A DNA stretch of 64,000 nt from Paraspadella gotoi (Eukaryota > Animalia > Chaetognatha): positions 17,795,157 through 17,859,156 of the forward strand of contig CM119264.1 of NCBI GenBank assembly GCA_051294375.1, in the 5' to 3' direction. A program made the translations under genes and the position numbers. Under the pieces are notes generated by a model. The model ran no database searches, was not told the DNA's origin, and saw nothing but the letters and a program-made list of their open reading frames with translations. How positions within the stretch are numbered: the first letter of the stretch is position 1; every line of letters starts with the position of its first letter. Shown here piece after piece: positions 1-17,510 of this stretch.

Positions 1-381
1 AGCGAATGTCCAGTGGAAGTATTCACAAATTTTTCGCAATTGCCGGACCGTTTATTTATTGGTATATAAAATTTTAAAGGGGATCGTTTGTAATCATGCT
101 AATATAAGAAAACAGAAATGGAATGAATGAATGAAAAAAGTTAGATAGATAAATAGATAGACTTATAAATAAATAAATATATTTATTTTTAAATAAATAT
201 ATAACGGAATAAAAAATGAAAAAGTTTTTTTACAAAACAGTTTGAGGGATATAATGAGACCTCGGAGCTTTTTCCTCTCGTTAAAAAAATAAATCAATAT
301 CTGCTCGATATCGTAAGAAAAGAAAACATTTCGTCCCGGCCAGTTTAAAAAAAATTTAATCCGAAGAAACTTCGAAAAAAT

Positions 382-440
382 CTTTCTTTCATTCTTTCTT
401 TCTTTCTTTCTTTCTTTTTTTCTTTCTTTTTTTCTTTTTT

Positions 441-492
<52 letters not shown>

Positions 493-669
493 GCTTTCTT
501 GCTTACTTGCTTTATTTCTTTCTTGCTTTGTTTCTTTCTTGCTTTATTTCTTTCTTGCTTTGTTTCTTCTTGCTTTATTTCTTTCTTGCTTTATTTCTTT
601 CTTTCTTTCTTTATTTCTTGCTTTCGTTCGTTCTTTCTTGCTTTCTTTTTTTTTCATTTTTTGTCTCTG

Positions 670-707
<38 letters not shown>

Positions 708-743
708 TTTCTCCTTTTTTGTCTCTCTTTCTTTCCTTCTCTC
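382..743. repeat. (CTTT)n-type pyrimidine-rich microsatellite / low-complexity tract
   Basis: Direct ttct/cttt tandem runs with degenerate tttcttgc variants; these explain the F/L/S-rich ORFs at 491-786. Confidence 0.9.
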
Positions 744-1062
744 TAACCTTGGCCCAAATATTAGACGAATGAAGAATAGAGAATAAAACGCATTAAGTGT
801 TTGTAGAGTTGACCCCGTACCGCCTCATGCGAAAACGTTTCCATTTTTTTTATTTATATGCAAACAATGTTTTTTTCTCTTTCTCGAGGGGACAAATATA
901 TATTTGTCTCTCCCTCTCTCTGTCCGTGAGTAGAATGTTCATTCTTGCCCCGCGCCCCGCCGACTTCGTTTACGAAGGGTTAAATTGGGGGAGAGAATTG
1001 GTTAAATTGGTGGAATAGAATCGGTTCGAAAAAGGGGGAAGACAAAAGGCGGTGGCGGACCC

Positions 1063-1096
<34 letters not shown>

Positions 1097-2514
1097 GTCT
1101 CTCTCTCATCTCTCATCTCATCTCTCTCTCTACTCTCTCTCTCGTCGTCTCTTCTCGCCTGCCGCATCTTGTACCCCTTCTTGCTCTCTGTTTGATGGAG
1201 TGATCCGTCTCGGTTGGGGCGGGCAAACCGATCCCCCTGGCCGGGCAGCGGCTCTGTGCCGCCTCGGCCGCCCGCGTCGCCGCGCCGCGTTTTGACGCTG
1301 ATGGAAGAGCGACGGGCGATGTTGACGCCGTGCTCGGATGCCCGTCGGGGCTCGGCCCGGCGCCGCCACGCGCCCCAACCCCTAACCCCTCCTCTTCTCG
1401 GGCCCCCCGGTGCCCGCCGAGCGTAGAGCGTCCTGCCCTCCGGGTTCTTTTAAACCTTCTCGACGATGGGGGCGGGCGAGGGGCGATTCGCGGGGCTGAT
1501 TTGTAGCGGTGACATTGTACGCTGATCATTGCTGCTCAGTGCTCAAAGAGAGAAGAGAATGAACAATTTAAAAATGAAGTATATTCTACGTTTTTATTCT
1601 TTCTCTGTTTCTTAGTCTTCGTGGCGTGGTTGCGATGTAGTTCTACTAATAATTATACATATATTTCATATATTATCTTTGTTAGGTAACCGGAAATATT
1701 GTCTTGGTAAAAAAAAATAACATTGAACATATCTTGTTTATTCCTCCAATTTTTTTCTATTTCCTCCAACGCTCATATGTTGTTCAGTTTTAAAAATTGG
1801 AAAACAAAGTTATATTTTTTAAATTTTTGGTAGCTTATTTGCATATCAAGTTTTTATATCGGCTCCTCACTGGATTTCTTAGTCACTCATGTCATCTTCT
1901 CGTCCATGTATCTCCATTCTTTTCCTTTGGCTCCTCTTGTCTCTTCTTGCTTCTTTTATTTTGAAATCGACGTCGTACTTTCTTTAATGTATTTTTCATT
2001 TCTCTTGCGTTTCTCGTTGTTCTTATTTTTTTATGTTTTGTCTTCTCGCCTCACAGACCTTTGGCTTTACCCATCACTATATTTTTTTTTCTCTATTTGT
2101 CCAGCAAATCTTTTTTCTCATTCTCAGTTCTCATATAGAAAGAGTTTTTTTTTGTGTGTGTGTTTGTTTCATAAGATTCTCAATCTCAAATTTATGTCGG
2201 TAAAAGTGTAAAAAAATATTGTTCTCGATTGCATTTCAAGCTCGTGTGACTTTTACGAAAAAAGACAAGAGAAAGGTTAAAAGTTAAACTTTTAGAAATT
2301 TCAATCTCCTCAGGTAAACCAACTAAAAAAAAAGGCCCCGAGACAAAAGAGTGAATTTTTAATAATTGTCGAAGTCAACGACATCCTTCTACCTCAACTA
2401 ACATGGAAATCCCTTTTTAATGTTTTCCCTTTCTCCCAGCCTTAACCTCCATTAACCCTGGCATTGTAAAAAGTTCCCATCCCACACACTGGCTCTCTCT
2501 CTCTCTCTCTCTCT

Positions 2515-2579
<65 letters not shown>

Positions 2580-4154
2580 CCTCTCCCCCTATATACCTTC
2601 TTTCTTTCCCACTGAACCTCCCTCTCTCCCCCTTTCACTCTCTCTCCAGCCTCCCTTTCTCTAAGGCTTTGCCTAATAAAAAGAAGGAAAAACTCCCCCG
2701 ACCAAAAAAGACAAAAGCGCTTGCAAAATGCGGTAATTTATGAAGATTTTATCGGTTTATTTTAAACTCAAATAACCAAAAATAAAGGTCTAAGAATGAA
2801 TTGTACTTGGGTCCGCGGAGACAAAAAAAAAAGAATGTTGAGAAAAAAAAGGATTTTCCATCTCGACAATAGAGGAGTTTGTGTTTTTAACTTTTCCTTT
2901 GTGACCCCTTTTTTTCCCAAAGGCGGAGCTTCTTTCGTCTCAAGGTTAAGTTCCCATTTTTTTTTCGGCGATGCCCTTTTTTTTTCCGGCGAATCCATAG
3001 ACTCTCATCGAGAGCGCGGGAGTGGCTAAACCGGCCGGTCGTAGGCACATCTTTGGTTAATGCTCAACCTTCTTTTTCACTTTTCACTTTCTAAATTCTC
3101 TCAAGCATACCTCCCCCCTTTTTTCCATGAATTTCTAGTTCTCATGGTGCCTTCAACTACTTTCCTTCTGCCTCCTTACCATTCCTCATTCTGATATCTT
3201 ATATAACAGATTTTTCACGACCACAACCCGGAGGTTTGTTTTTAAATTCTCTCTCTCCGTTACTCTTACTCTCTCTTCTCATTTTTTTTCTTCCTCTCGT
3301 TCTCTCTCTTCCCCTCTCACTCATCCTATATCTCTCCCTCTCCCTCCTACCCCCATCTTGCCCCCTATCCCTCCCCCTCTCCTCCCTTTCTCTCTCTTTG
3401 ACAATAACAACGACCAGGGGAGGGGTTAAGAATCGAAAGTCCGATTTGTGATAGAGTTGAAAGACCTCGTAATTGCCGCCGCTCGTCCGCCTCGCCTCAT
3501 AGACTCCCTTCATTTCTTTTTTCCTCGGTGCGTGTGAAGGAAGGGCAAAAAAAAAAGGGGGCAAAAAAAGGGTCCATCCTTACTCTCCTTTCTCCCGCGA
3601 GATCGCGCAGCCTTCTCTTTTCCCTTTGTCATAATGTCAACACAATGAGGGAAAAACGGGGTGCGTATGTTTAATGTCTTACTTTTTTGGTAGGCAGGAG
3701 AGAGAGAGAGAGAGAGAAAGAGAAAGTCTTTTTTTTCTCTTTGATTTAAAAAAAAAAGAAGACGTAAGTTAGTCTTTCATTCTTTTTTTTTTCCGTTTTC
3801 CTTTTTTTCACGAATCTCCGCCCGAAAGGAAATAAAAGGAAGAATAGTAAGGATAAGTGGGGGGAGAGTGGAAGAAAAGCGAATTAAAACAGTTGGGAGA
3901 AAGGGATAACGACAAATAAGGAAACGGTTAGGAAAAGCGGAGAAAGCGCCGGAGAGAGACAGAGACAATGTGTGGGAAAACCCGCGAGTAAATTTTTAGT
4001 AAAGGGGGGGGCAGAAAGCCAACACCTCCTCTTCCTCCTCCCCCTCCCATCGAAACGGGGTTAAGAAATCACCGGCCATTTCTGTTTTGTTCACTTTTTT
4101 TAATCACGACGATGACGACGATGACGTCATGGAAAAAAAACGGGGATTTTCCCG

Positions 4155-4189
<35 letters not shown>

Positions 4190-4398
4190 CGATGAACCAT
4201 CTTTCGGTCGGAAGTGAAATTCACTCCTCACTCTCGTCGAGTTCCTCGTCGAGGACGGAAAACGACTTTCGCCTCCAATCGCAATTCATTGCTGCCACTT
4301 TCGCTCTCTGGCCTTCGACGTTGGTAGAGATTCTGCACATAAACTTTTTTTTATTTTCTCGATTTTATTCAACAATCTTTAAGGTTGAATGTAAAAGT

Positions 4399-4457
4399 AC
4401 ATACATACATACATACATACATACATACATACATACATACATACATACATACATACA
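4399..4457. repeat. (CATA)n microsatellite
   Basis: Perfect tacatacatacat run. Confidence 0.95.
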
Positions 4458-4767
4458 GACTCTCTACAATACGTCTGGAAATCGTCTCATGGATCTCTCG
4501 ATGTGTTTTTTAAAACTTCAAATGTTAAACAAAATTTAATAAATCATTAATGATAACAATAATGATAATATTTATAACTATTGAAAGTCCCATCGCTTTA
4601 TACTATACTTTCATTTTCATGTTCCTTTTTATTCTTTTAACTATCTTATCGGCACTAAAAAAAACATAATTAAATCTGGGCGGGCACAGCTCGATATAAA
4701 ATTGTCGATTGCAGAAAAAGTTATCTACTTTCGCTACTATTTTTCGATTCTCTTCGTTTTTTCTCAG

Positions 4768-8797
<4,030 letters not shown>

Positions 8798-10997
8798 GCT
8801 CGTCGCAGCGTGTCGTCAAAGGTCAGAGGAACAACGTATCTGTGTATCTGTGGTGATGTTTTACTTCTTTATTTTTTTTAAAAAAGAAAACAAAATAAAC
8901 AAAAAAACATGTTATTTTTCGCTCTTGAGTGAAAAAAAAATCAAGCCTTCCCCGAATTCAGCCTTCATTTTCACAAAACAAAACAAAAAAAAACCGCAAA
9001 AATAAATCTGAATCTTCACAAACAAAAAGCAAAAAATCTAATTCGGTCTCTTGTTGATCTTTTTTTAATTATTTTCTTGTTTTTTTTTCCCCGAATTTTG
9101 CACTGAATTTTTAGAAGGATTTCGTTTTGTTGATAGATATTATTACTGACTCTGAACGTACGACTTTTCATAACCAAATTTTACTAAATCGTTGATCAAA
9201 TTTTTGACGGCTCCGCGTCTCCATAATAAATATTACTGATCTTAGGGGTTTTTTCTTGAATCTGTTTAATGTGATTTCGTTCCTTTTACCCTAATAGTTT
9301 TTTTCAGTAGTTGGTAGATGAAGTCTTTACGACAAAAACAAAAACAACAACAAATTAACTAACATTGTAAATACGATCTTATGCGTCGTACGATTTATTT
9401 TCTCTTTTTTCCCTAAATCTAAAGCCAAATAGGGAGTACGACAAGTACCCATATTATTATTATTTTGTTAAGGTTATTTGGTTACATCGAAATGAGTTTT
9501 CCTATCAAAGAAAATGTTTTTTTTTTTAGTTTCTATTTTTATTATGAATAAAACTTTGAGGTCCATGTATTTTGACAAATAACGCACCTCCTTTGAAAGA
9601 AACAGTTTTAATTTTGGATTTTTTTCGTTTTATCAAACTTTTTTCGTTGTAAATACGAATTTCATAATGATGATTTATGCTGTCTTGCATAATAATGTAT
9701 GCATAATACCTGTAGATGCTTCAGATTGCAGACGGGAGTTACAACATTATCGGAGAATGGAGTCTGCTATTAGAGGATCTTGTTTGGTGCTTGGCCTTCG
9801 CTTGAATGTATGACTAAGTCAGAAATCTAAATTTTAAGTCAGTAATTACATAATTTTGAATTTTAAAGAAATGCTCTTAATGGTTTTATTAAGCGAAGCG
9901 CCTTAACGTTACAACTGTGAAAGAGAATGTGAAGAAGATCGAAACAAATTTCTTTTTTAATTCGAAAAAAGTTTTATTTTTTGTTTTAGACGTAAAATGA
10001 CTTTATTGTTATTATTTCGGATTTCTTCCATTGAATCGATGTCGGCAGGTGATACTAAAAATGTGACATGATAAGTTTATTGTCGTTTAAAAACTTTTTT
10101 TTTAAAAATGACTAAATTTATGCTTAATATCCACTGTTTCGGATTTAACGTTATATAACTGTTATGACGCAGACATAGTATTTAAAACAAAAAAACGAAG
10201 AAAGATCGTTTTGTTTTTGTTTATCTCATTAAAAGATGCTTTTTATATGTATACAATCATGTATTTGAAGACAAAATTGACGTTGACAATATTATGTATA
10301 CGATGACGTTGTAATGATGTAAAGCCGGCTTGTCCTGTCACTCGAACCATGCTAAAACTAGTCTTGGCAAGATTTGTGAGTAGCAGTGCTGCGGTAGCAG
10401 ATTCCAGGAAAGCGAGCAAAAATAGTGGGAGCAACTACACATTTGTTTAAAAGGAAAATGAAATTCAACCTGGTAAATAGCATAACATTTTATTAAAAAA
10501 TAAAACAAACAATTGTTCTTGTTCTTTTATATCGTGGGATTTGAAGCAACAATACATCACTTATACTCTCATCAACACAATTTTTTTTGTTTTTAGAGAT
10601 CTACAGTCTAAATTTTTAGATGGTCGTCCTGATATCTAGTATATTCTAAATTATTTTTCCTTGAATTTATATACACTCACACTCATAGCATATTTAATGA
10701 CAAGTTGAGGTATACCGAAATACGGCTAATGACTTCGTTCTTCCCATGCTTAAGATTTCGGCCAGAAAGACATTTCTCTCTTTTTTCTATTTGTAAAATT
10801 TCCGTGTGGCCGTTGCCACAATCAAGAACGGGTTGCGGATAAACTGAGCGGCTAGCTTTTGTCGCCTCTTGTAAATGGCACATTGATGGGAAAAGAGTTG
10901 GTTTGGCTATTTTTTGGTAAATTCAAGTGCAGAAGAGCTCATACAATAAAAAAATTACCATCTTGTACGTTTACCCGTGAGAGATTTCTGGAACAGA

Positions 10998-12512
10998 TCA
11001 TGTACTATTCAGTTTGAATCTAAATAAGAAATAACCACATCCGTTGCCAAGCACCAGTGAAACAAATATCCAAACGTTGAAGGTCATTGCTGTAAAACAA
11101 AATTAATAATATTTTAATAGCTCAAATAAGTAAATAAATAGAACTTAAACTTTAAGATTATTTTGCAAATGATTAGAAAAATTAACAATCAAGTAATCTG
11201 AAATTCAAAATATTGAGTTTTTTCTTGTGAATTTATAATTTAATGAATCAGCTCTAAACGAATTCATAAAATCACCACAATATATGGATATGGGACATCA
11301 TCCATGGACAATGCTCATTTGAAAATAATTTTTTGAAAACTAAAACAATTTCGATGAAAAACTGACCGTGCAATTTCAATGGAAACTGACAAATTTCTGT
11401 TTGGCTTCAGACGGGTTGCCTGTGATGCCCATTGGGATGGGGAGTCTCACTGTTGGCTTTAGGTGACTGTAATCCAAATTATTCTAGTAATTATAATTAC
11501 CTAACAGCATGGCAAGCGTCGACAGCGCCACGTGAATCACGTAAAAGAATGTGGACGCGATGGACGACGAACGCCCACGATTCTTCCAACGAAACCGTAA
11601 ATATGACGAAGTCGCGAGAGTCGAAGTTTTCGTCAACTCCGTCGTGGGAGCGCGAACGACGCCGTCATCGCTCGTCACATTACGATCGTCACAAACTGCG
11701 GACGGCGTCGGGCTAACCTTGTCAACCCCTTCTATCGACGCGGTGTCTGTCCGCGAGTGTTCGACCGGCAATTCCGTCAGCGTCGATTCCATGAAAGGGC
11801 CTGAGATTGGATCGCCCGTGGACGACGCCGTTTCGTCGCCCGTTGATTGAGGTTGAGTCGTTTCTGTCATTTCTGCGATAGCAACGTTTGCGGAGGAACC
11901 ATCTACGACTGTTGTCGTTGTCGTTGTTAAACTCCAAGAAGAGGGCACTAAAAATTTAGACATACGGTAAAAATACGCGAAAAATATTGTTTTGTGAAAA
12001 TAGTTTTTCACAGAATTTGCAGTTAGAGAGCGAGAGAGATGGAGAGACATGTCCCTTATTTTTTGTTTCAATTTTACCATGATTAGTTCTAAAAATGAAC
12101 AATGGCAGATTAGTTTACCCAGAGTTTTGTTTGAAGTCGTCGTCATTTCCGTTCCGGTTTCCTGAAATAATAAAGAAAGGAATAACTAAAAGTATTTATC
12201 AATTTCTCCTAATCACTTACTCGTCTTCTCATCAATGCTTGAACGAACTCGTGAAAGACGGCGAAGAAAAAAACAGCGACGCAAGATCCGAAGAAGCGAA
12301 TCTGTTAATGTTGAGTTTTTTTTGGTGAATTGTGAATTCCCGCGTTCGAGAGTCATGAAGTCCGAAAACAGTGAAGGAATTCAAACAGTTCGGACTCTCT
12401 GTTTCTCTAACCATCCTTAATCGTTACAACTCACCATTGCGTCGTTTTCGTCAGCGACTATTTTCCATCCTCGAAACAAGATTATTGCTGAGGAGGAAGG
12501 GTCAAACTCCAT
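10998..12512 (-). CDS. SLC31A: Copper transporter, SLC31/Ctr family (Ctr2-like short N-terminus); 5 exons
   Basis: Exons: 12512-12435 (MEFDPSSSAIILFRGWKIVADENDAM), 12301-12221 (IRFFGSCVAVFFFAVFHEFVQALMRRR, TM1), 12161-12119, 11947-11501 (S/T-rich loop, then FFYVIHVALSTLAMLL), 11089-10998 (AMTFNVWIFVSLVLGNGCGYFLFRFKLNST*). All introns are GT-AG and phase-consistent. Splicing creates the hallmark MxxxM (MLLAM) followed 12 residues later by GxxxG (GNGCG). Confidence 0.92.
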
Positions 12513-13033
12513 TTTTGTATCTTGGACCGATCCAAAATTTACAACCCTGCCTTATGTCGTTTGATTTAGTTCCGTGTCAACTTCTGTCAGGTGAAATTCT
12601 TTAAGATTACCGTAGAAGTAACAGTCATAAGATCTATTTCGGGAGAATACAATAAAAAAGTATTAGCAAAAAGATTTGTTTTAACGCAATAAAGACGTTC
12701 AAACAAATCTCTTTGCTAATCTCAAAACGCAACGAAACGAAAAGAAAATATCGAACAAAAAAGGTAATGTTGTGATGCCAATATTACTTTTATAATAAAA
12801 GGAAAATCGAAAGGCAAAAACTGAAAAAGCATAAGATAAAAATATGCGAATAAAACGAAGACAAAACGGATTAAGGAAATGTCGAAGTTTCTCCTAAAGC
12901 AAAAAAAACCTTATTTGTTTTCGTGTTTTTAAAGTTGGAAAAAGAGAGAAAGTTATAGGGAAGTGGGAAGTGAGAAAAAAGGAAAGAAAGAATAAAAGAA
13001 AGAAATTAAGAAAGATAGCATAAAAGAAAAATC

Positions 13034-13100
<67 letters not shown>

Positions 13101-14520
13101 AAGATGTACACAGGTGACTGATTAACCAAGTGGCAGATAAACATTTCCTTTAAAGAAATAAAGGGAATGGGAATGAAGGGTATACACATTTTCGTTGTTA
13201 AAAAAGGTTTCGTCCATTAAAAAAAGGGAATAGAAGCAATGGAATCGGAAAAATGAAACGCCCTATGCTCTGAAAAATATCTATTGCCATCTACTACTCA
13301 GGAATTGATAATATAATCATTATTAAATTATTTTATATATATTTTATTTATATATAATTTTATTAGATAATTATATTAATTATTATATGACTATTGAATT
13401 CGTTGTTGATTTTTAAGCAACAACTTGCTGTTCTCTTCATAATTCATCACTTCGGTTCAGAATAACAAACTTTATTTAAAGCTAAAATTTATAAAAGTTA
13501 GAATTTTTGATAAATACTGAAATTTAATTATAAAAAGTAGCTGATACAAAATATAACATTAATTAATAAAAACGCAAGTATCAATTTCTATAACGGTCTT
13601 TTCATGATGGAGTATGAATAAAACTAATAACAGATACAGTTGTTACAATTTTGCTATACATCGAATTTTTAATACTCTACTCATTTACAGTGCTAAAACT
13701 AAATTTATAATCATAATGCGTCGAAACTTCTCGTCAATAATTATTCCCTAAAAGCAGAGATGTGGACGCGATCCGGAAAGCGTAAGCGAACACTGTGGAA
13801 GCGGCCGATTTTGAAAAGAACCCGAAACGGGAGCGATAGAAAAATTGAGAATAAAGGATTGAACCGGAAGCTATAATAACCCTGCGTGTTCGCTTCCTGG
13901 TCATTGTTTTTATTGGTTAGAAATGAAAGGTATTTAATGTATTAAATCTTTGCAACCCCTGCTCTTTCTTGATTTTTCTTTTAAAAATTGTTTTTAATAT
14001 TTATTTTCAACATTTAAAATTGTTGCTCCTAATTTTTTTATTCACTTTTTTTATTCTCTTCTTTTATTTTTTTGTTTTCTTTTATTCTCTTTTCCTCTTT
14101 GGTCAAGAATCTATGAAAAAATTACATATTTATTTTTTAATTATTTTTTTTAATATATTCAAATAAAATCTGAGCTGAAAAAAAGATTTTTTATCTGAAA
14201 AAAACTGTAATAAGTTAAATTAAAATTTAAATTAAACTTTTTTAATTCTATAAACTAAAAATTTTATTTCTTATATTTTTATATTTTTTTTAAAATTTAA
14301 GTCTTTTTTTTTTAATCCATAACGTTTTCATGTTACAAACAAGTTTAAACCAAAAGGATTGATCTGTTTTATTTGGCAATATTGCATAATATTATGCTTA
14401 TACATACTTAAATCTCTAACACACTAACTCTCTCTCTATCTTCTTTCTTTTTTCCCCTCTTGCACTGAACAAAAAAGCAAAATAAAAAAATATATAAATA
14501 AATAAATCAAAATTATTAAT

Positions 14521-16240
14521 AAACAAGTTTGAGCAAACAATGCCGGATCTGCCCACGATCATTAGCGTAATTAATCGATTAATTTTTGAAAAAAAATAAT
14601 TAAATTAATTACATATTAATTAATTAAAAAAATAACATTGAACATTTGGGAGCTCAAATGATTTGAACAAAGACGACAACGACGATGAATACAATGACGA
14701 AAACGACGACGAAGTCTTTGTACTTTGTGAGCCGTAGTACAGTAGTGTCAATAAGAATGACCTGTTTTTACCCAATCTTGTTATGGCTGACCTTTTTCTC
14801 AGCCAATGTAAATACTAGTTGTTGTTGTTATTATTTTTCATTTTTACTTTTTACTGTTTTTGATAATACCAGGTTTTCTTTATCACAAAAAACTCGCCTC
14901 AAATTTTTCTATAAATTTTTTGTTTTGAGTCACGCAAACATTATAAAATATTTCAATTATTAATTTAGAGAAAGCAAAGAATTTTGAATTTGTAAACACG
15001 ATTTTTAATAATAGTTGGTCATGTTTCCGCTTGTTTACTTCTAGCCTTCATCAGCATATGACATTCAATAATAAATTTGTGTAAAAGAAGAGTGTGAGAG
15101 AGAGAGAGAAGAGAGAGAGAGAGAGGGTAAAAGTTTTTCCAACAAAGTGGTGAGAACAGAATAGTGGTCAGATGTGAGGACAGGTTGAAGGTAAGGTAGA
15201 TTGAGTGAGTTGTGAAAAGAGAGTGAAACTATGAAGTAGAAGGAGAGAGAGAGAGGAGAAACAACAACAGGGATAAATAATAAAGATACATTTTTGCAAT
15301 GTACAACAAATAAAGGAGTTTAATTAATTAAATAATTAATGATGGCACTACGACAATGATAATACGACGATGACAAATTGATTGATTTGCTTTTTGATTG
15401 ATTGATTGAATATTTGATTAATTGATTGAATAATTTATTAACTGATCAGTTCTGGCATTGTTAGCTCTCGTAGTGGTAGTATTTCATACCCACTACTCGA
15501 CCGAGAATCAGCAGCACCTATGGCGCCGGAGGTAGCACGAGCTCCTCCCAACCCAAAGGACTCAGGTTCGCCCCCTGCTGATTCACACAATAAAAGCGGG
15601 ACGGGGCGTCTAACCCACCTGTAGTGTCGGACTACAGCCCGATCCGAAGTTCGGACCCCTTGTGTCAACGGACGGTAAACTGCTCGCGGCATCGTCTTCC
15701 ACAGCTCAAACTTATTTGTTTTTTTGTCTTTTCATTATGACAAAAGAAATGACTACCCTGATGATGATTATGATGACAACGAGGAAAGCACCATCATGAT
15801 TAATTGAATGATTGATTGATTAAATAAAATAAATTCATATCAGGCCTGTTAATTTTTAGTTTAGTTTTTGTCAGGTCACTGACCAGGACAAAAGCAACAA
15901 CGACATTGGAGATGACAATGATAACACTGACATTGTTTAATTGATTGATTAATTAATTGATTAATTAATTATTCTTTTATAATTTATTGATAAATAAATT
16001 TATTATTTAGTTGATGATAAATTAATTGATTATTTAATTGATTGATTGATAAAAAAATTGATTCTATTAATTTTAAGTGATTTAGATTGATGTTGTTAGA
16101 TGATTATTGATTAATTAATTGATTAATTGAATAATTAATGCAGCTTGTATTTATATTATAAAAAAGAAAAAACAAATAGGGAAAAAGGTTTTTTGTTTTT
16201 TTTTATTTAAACTCATTTCCACTCGAACGATTCTTACAAT
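14521..16240 (-). mobile_element. Partial copy of a Helentron/DINE-like non-autonomous element (3' end plus internal subrepeat)
   Basis: aaacaagtttgagcaaacaatgccggatctgc at 14521 is nearly identical to 17379. tttaaactcatttccactc at ~16206 is the reverse complement of the subrepeat at 18340/18495/18985. The right boundary is approximate. Confidence 0.5.
15015..15063 (-). ncRNA. Degenerate Penelope-type minimal hammerhead ribozyme motif
   Basis: Minus strand reads atatg CTGATGA ag GCT agaagtaaaca AGC g GAAAC ATG ac: core CUGAUGA, a short stem II and GAAAC-ATG. The cleavage triplet is mutated (GAC instead of GUC). Confidence 0.4.
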
Positions 16241-17510
16241 CTTACAAATCTTCATTTTTCTATAGTAAAAATTTTGCTTGTTATTTGTTTAACAAAAAAG
16301 ATTGTTTAAAATTATTCTACCAATGAATTACATGTCTAAAAGAGAGTATTTTTATAAATAATAACAAATGTAAATTTTTAAAAGAAGGAAGCGATGTGCA
16401 CTCGAAACCGAAAGCGATCCGGGCTAAAAAAGTAAGGATTGCACCGAAAACGGAGCGGGAGGGTCTTGGAAGCGCGCGGATTGGCAGCGGCGGAAAAATC
16501 GATCGCTTCACATCTCTGCCTAAAAGTGATCAACATAACTCATAAGCGGCTTAAATTTTGAGGCATTTCTTGACATCCACCTTTTTGTTTAAAACTAAGC
16601 AGAATCCAAAATTTACCGCCAGCTACCGTAATCCAGTGAAGTTTCATACCTTTTTTCTCGATATGACTATGAACCCCTTAATCTTAAACAGCGTTTTTCG
16701 GATAATTGTTGATCATGATGTTTGATAATAATTCTTTCCCCTACCATTGTTTGTTTTTTTTCGTTTCTTTGATATTGGAGGCCATACAGCAACTGTTTTT
16801 TATAATTAAGAAAGTCCTGCAACAAAAATGTACATAGTTGTTTGACTCTTGTATCTAATAACTAATGCTCGGCCAGGAATTCGAATGTTAGTGAGGTTAA
16901 AAAACGTATATTAATATAAATAAAAGGCACGAAATTAACGTATTAAAACAAGGTTAAAAGGCAGATAAAAACAGAGTTAAAAACATATTAAAATTCGTGC
17001 GTCGCAAGTAAAATAAACCTCTATTAAAAACGGTTGGCCGTCTAATATTAACAAGATCATATGCGACTGTACAATTACTACGACCAACGCGTTTCCTAAC
17101 TGCGCGCGAAACGTAAAGAGGATACAAATATCTTCTCCCAACTCGACGGTGATTGGTCCAGGCCCGCCAATCCAGGACCGCAGGGAAGAAGCTTGCATTT
17201 GCGATCCAAAACGCGAAGGGGAACCGGCGCGGACCACACACAGAAACAATAGTGATATACTAATAATTAAATTATATTACTTTAGCGAATAGAAATATAT
17301 AAAGAATAAAAGATATTATGAAACATTATTCTTTACCACAAAAGAGAAACAATACTTTTTATGGACAGGAACTCTTAAAACAAGTTTGAGCAAACAATGC
17401 CGGATCTGCGCACGATCATTAGTGGTAAGCTGCTGATCAGATAATTAATTAATTAAAAAATTAAATAATTAATATAATTTTTTTTTATTCACGTCAAAAT
17501 AGTTTTCCAC

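Noticed and set aside
491-1167. F/L/S-rich and ER-repeat ORFs (also 2417, 5795, 6297-6593, 12953, 19189, 48375, 60022, 61393-62521, 62803, 63537)
   Set aside because: They are translations of CTTT and AG/CT microsatellites.
1113-1529. GC-rich ORFs on both strands as a separate gene
   Set aside because: No recognisable domain or convincing splice pair; more likely a CpG-rich promoter or UTR segment of the downstream zinc-finger gene.
9700-10950. Exon-like patches downstream of the Ctr stop (ORFs 10243-10434, 10683-10883)
   Set aside because: Some donor-like sites exist, but I could not assemble a continuous frame; treated as UTR or intergenic.
13760-17250. Three small CpG-rich patches (~13760-13900, ~16390-16510, ~17085-17245) as ncRNA genes
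   Set aside because: No tRNA/snRNA motifs or clear stems; probably decayed repeat fragments.
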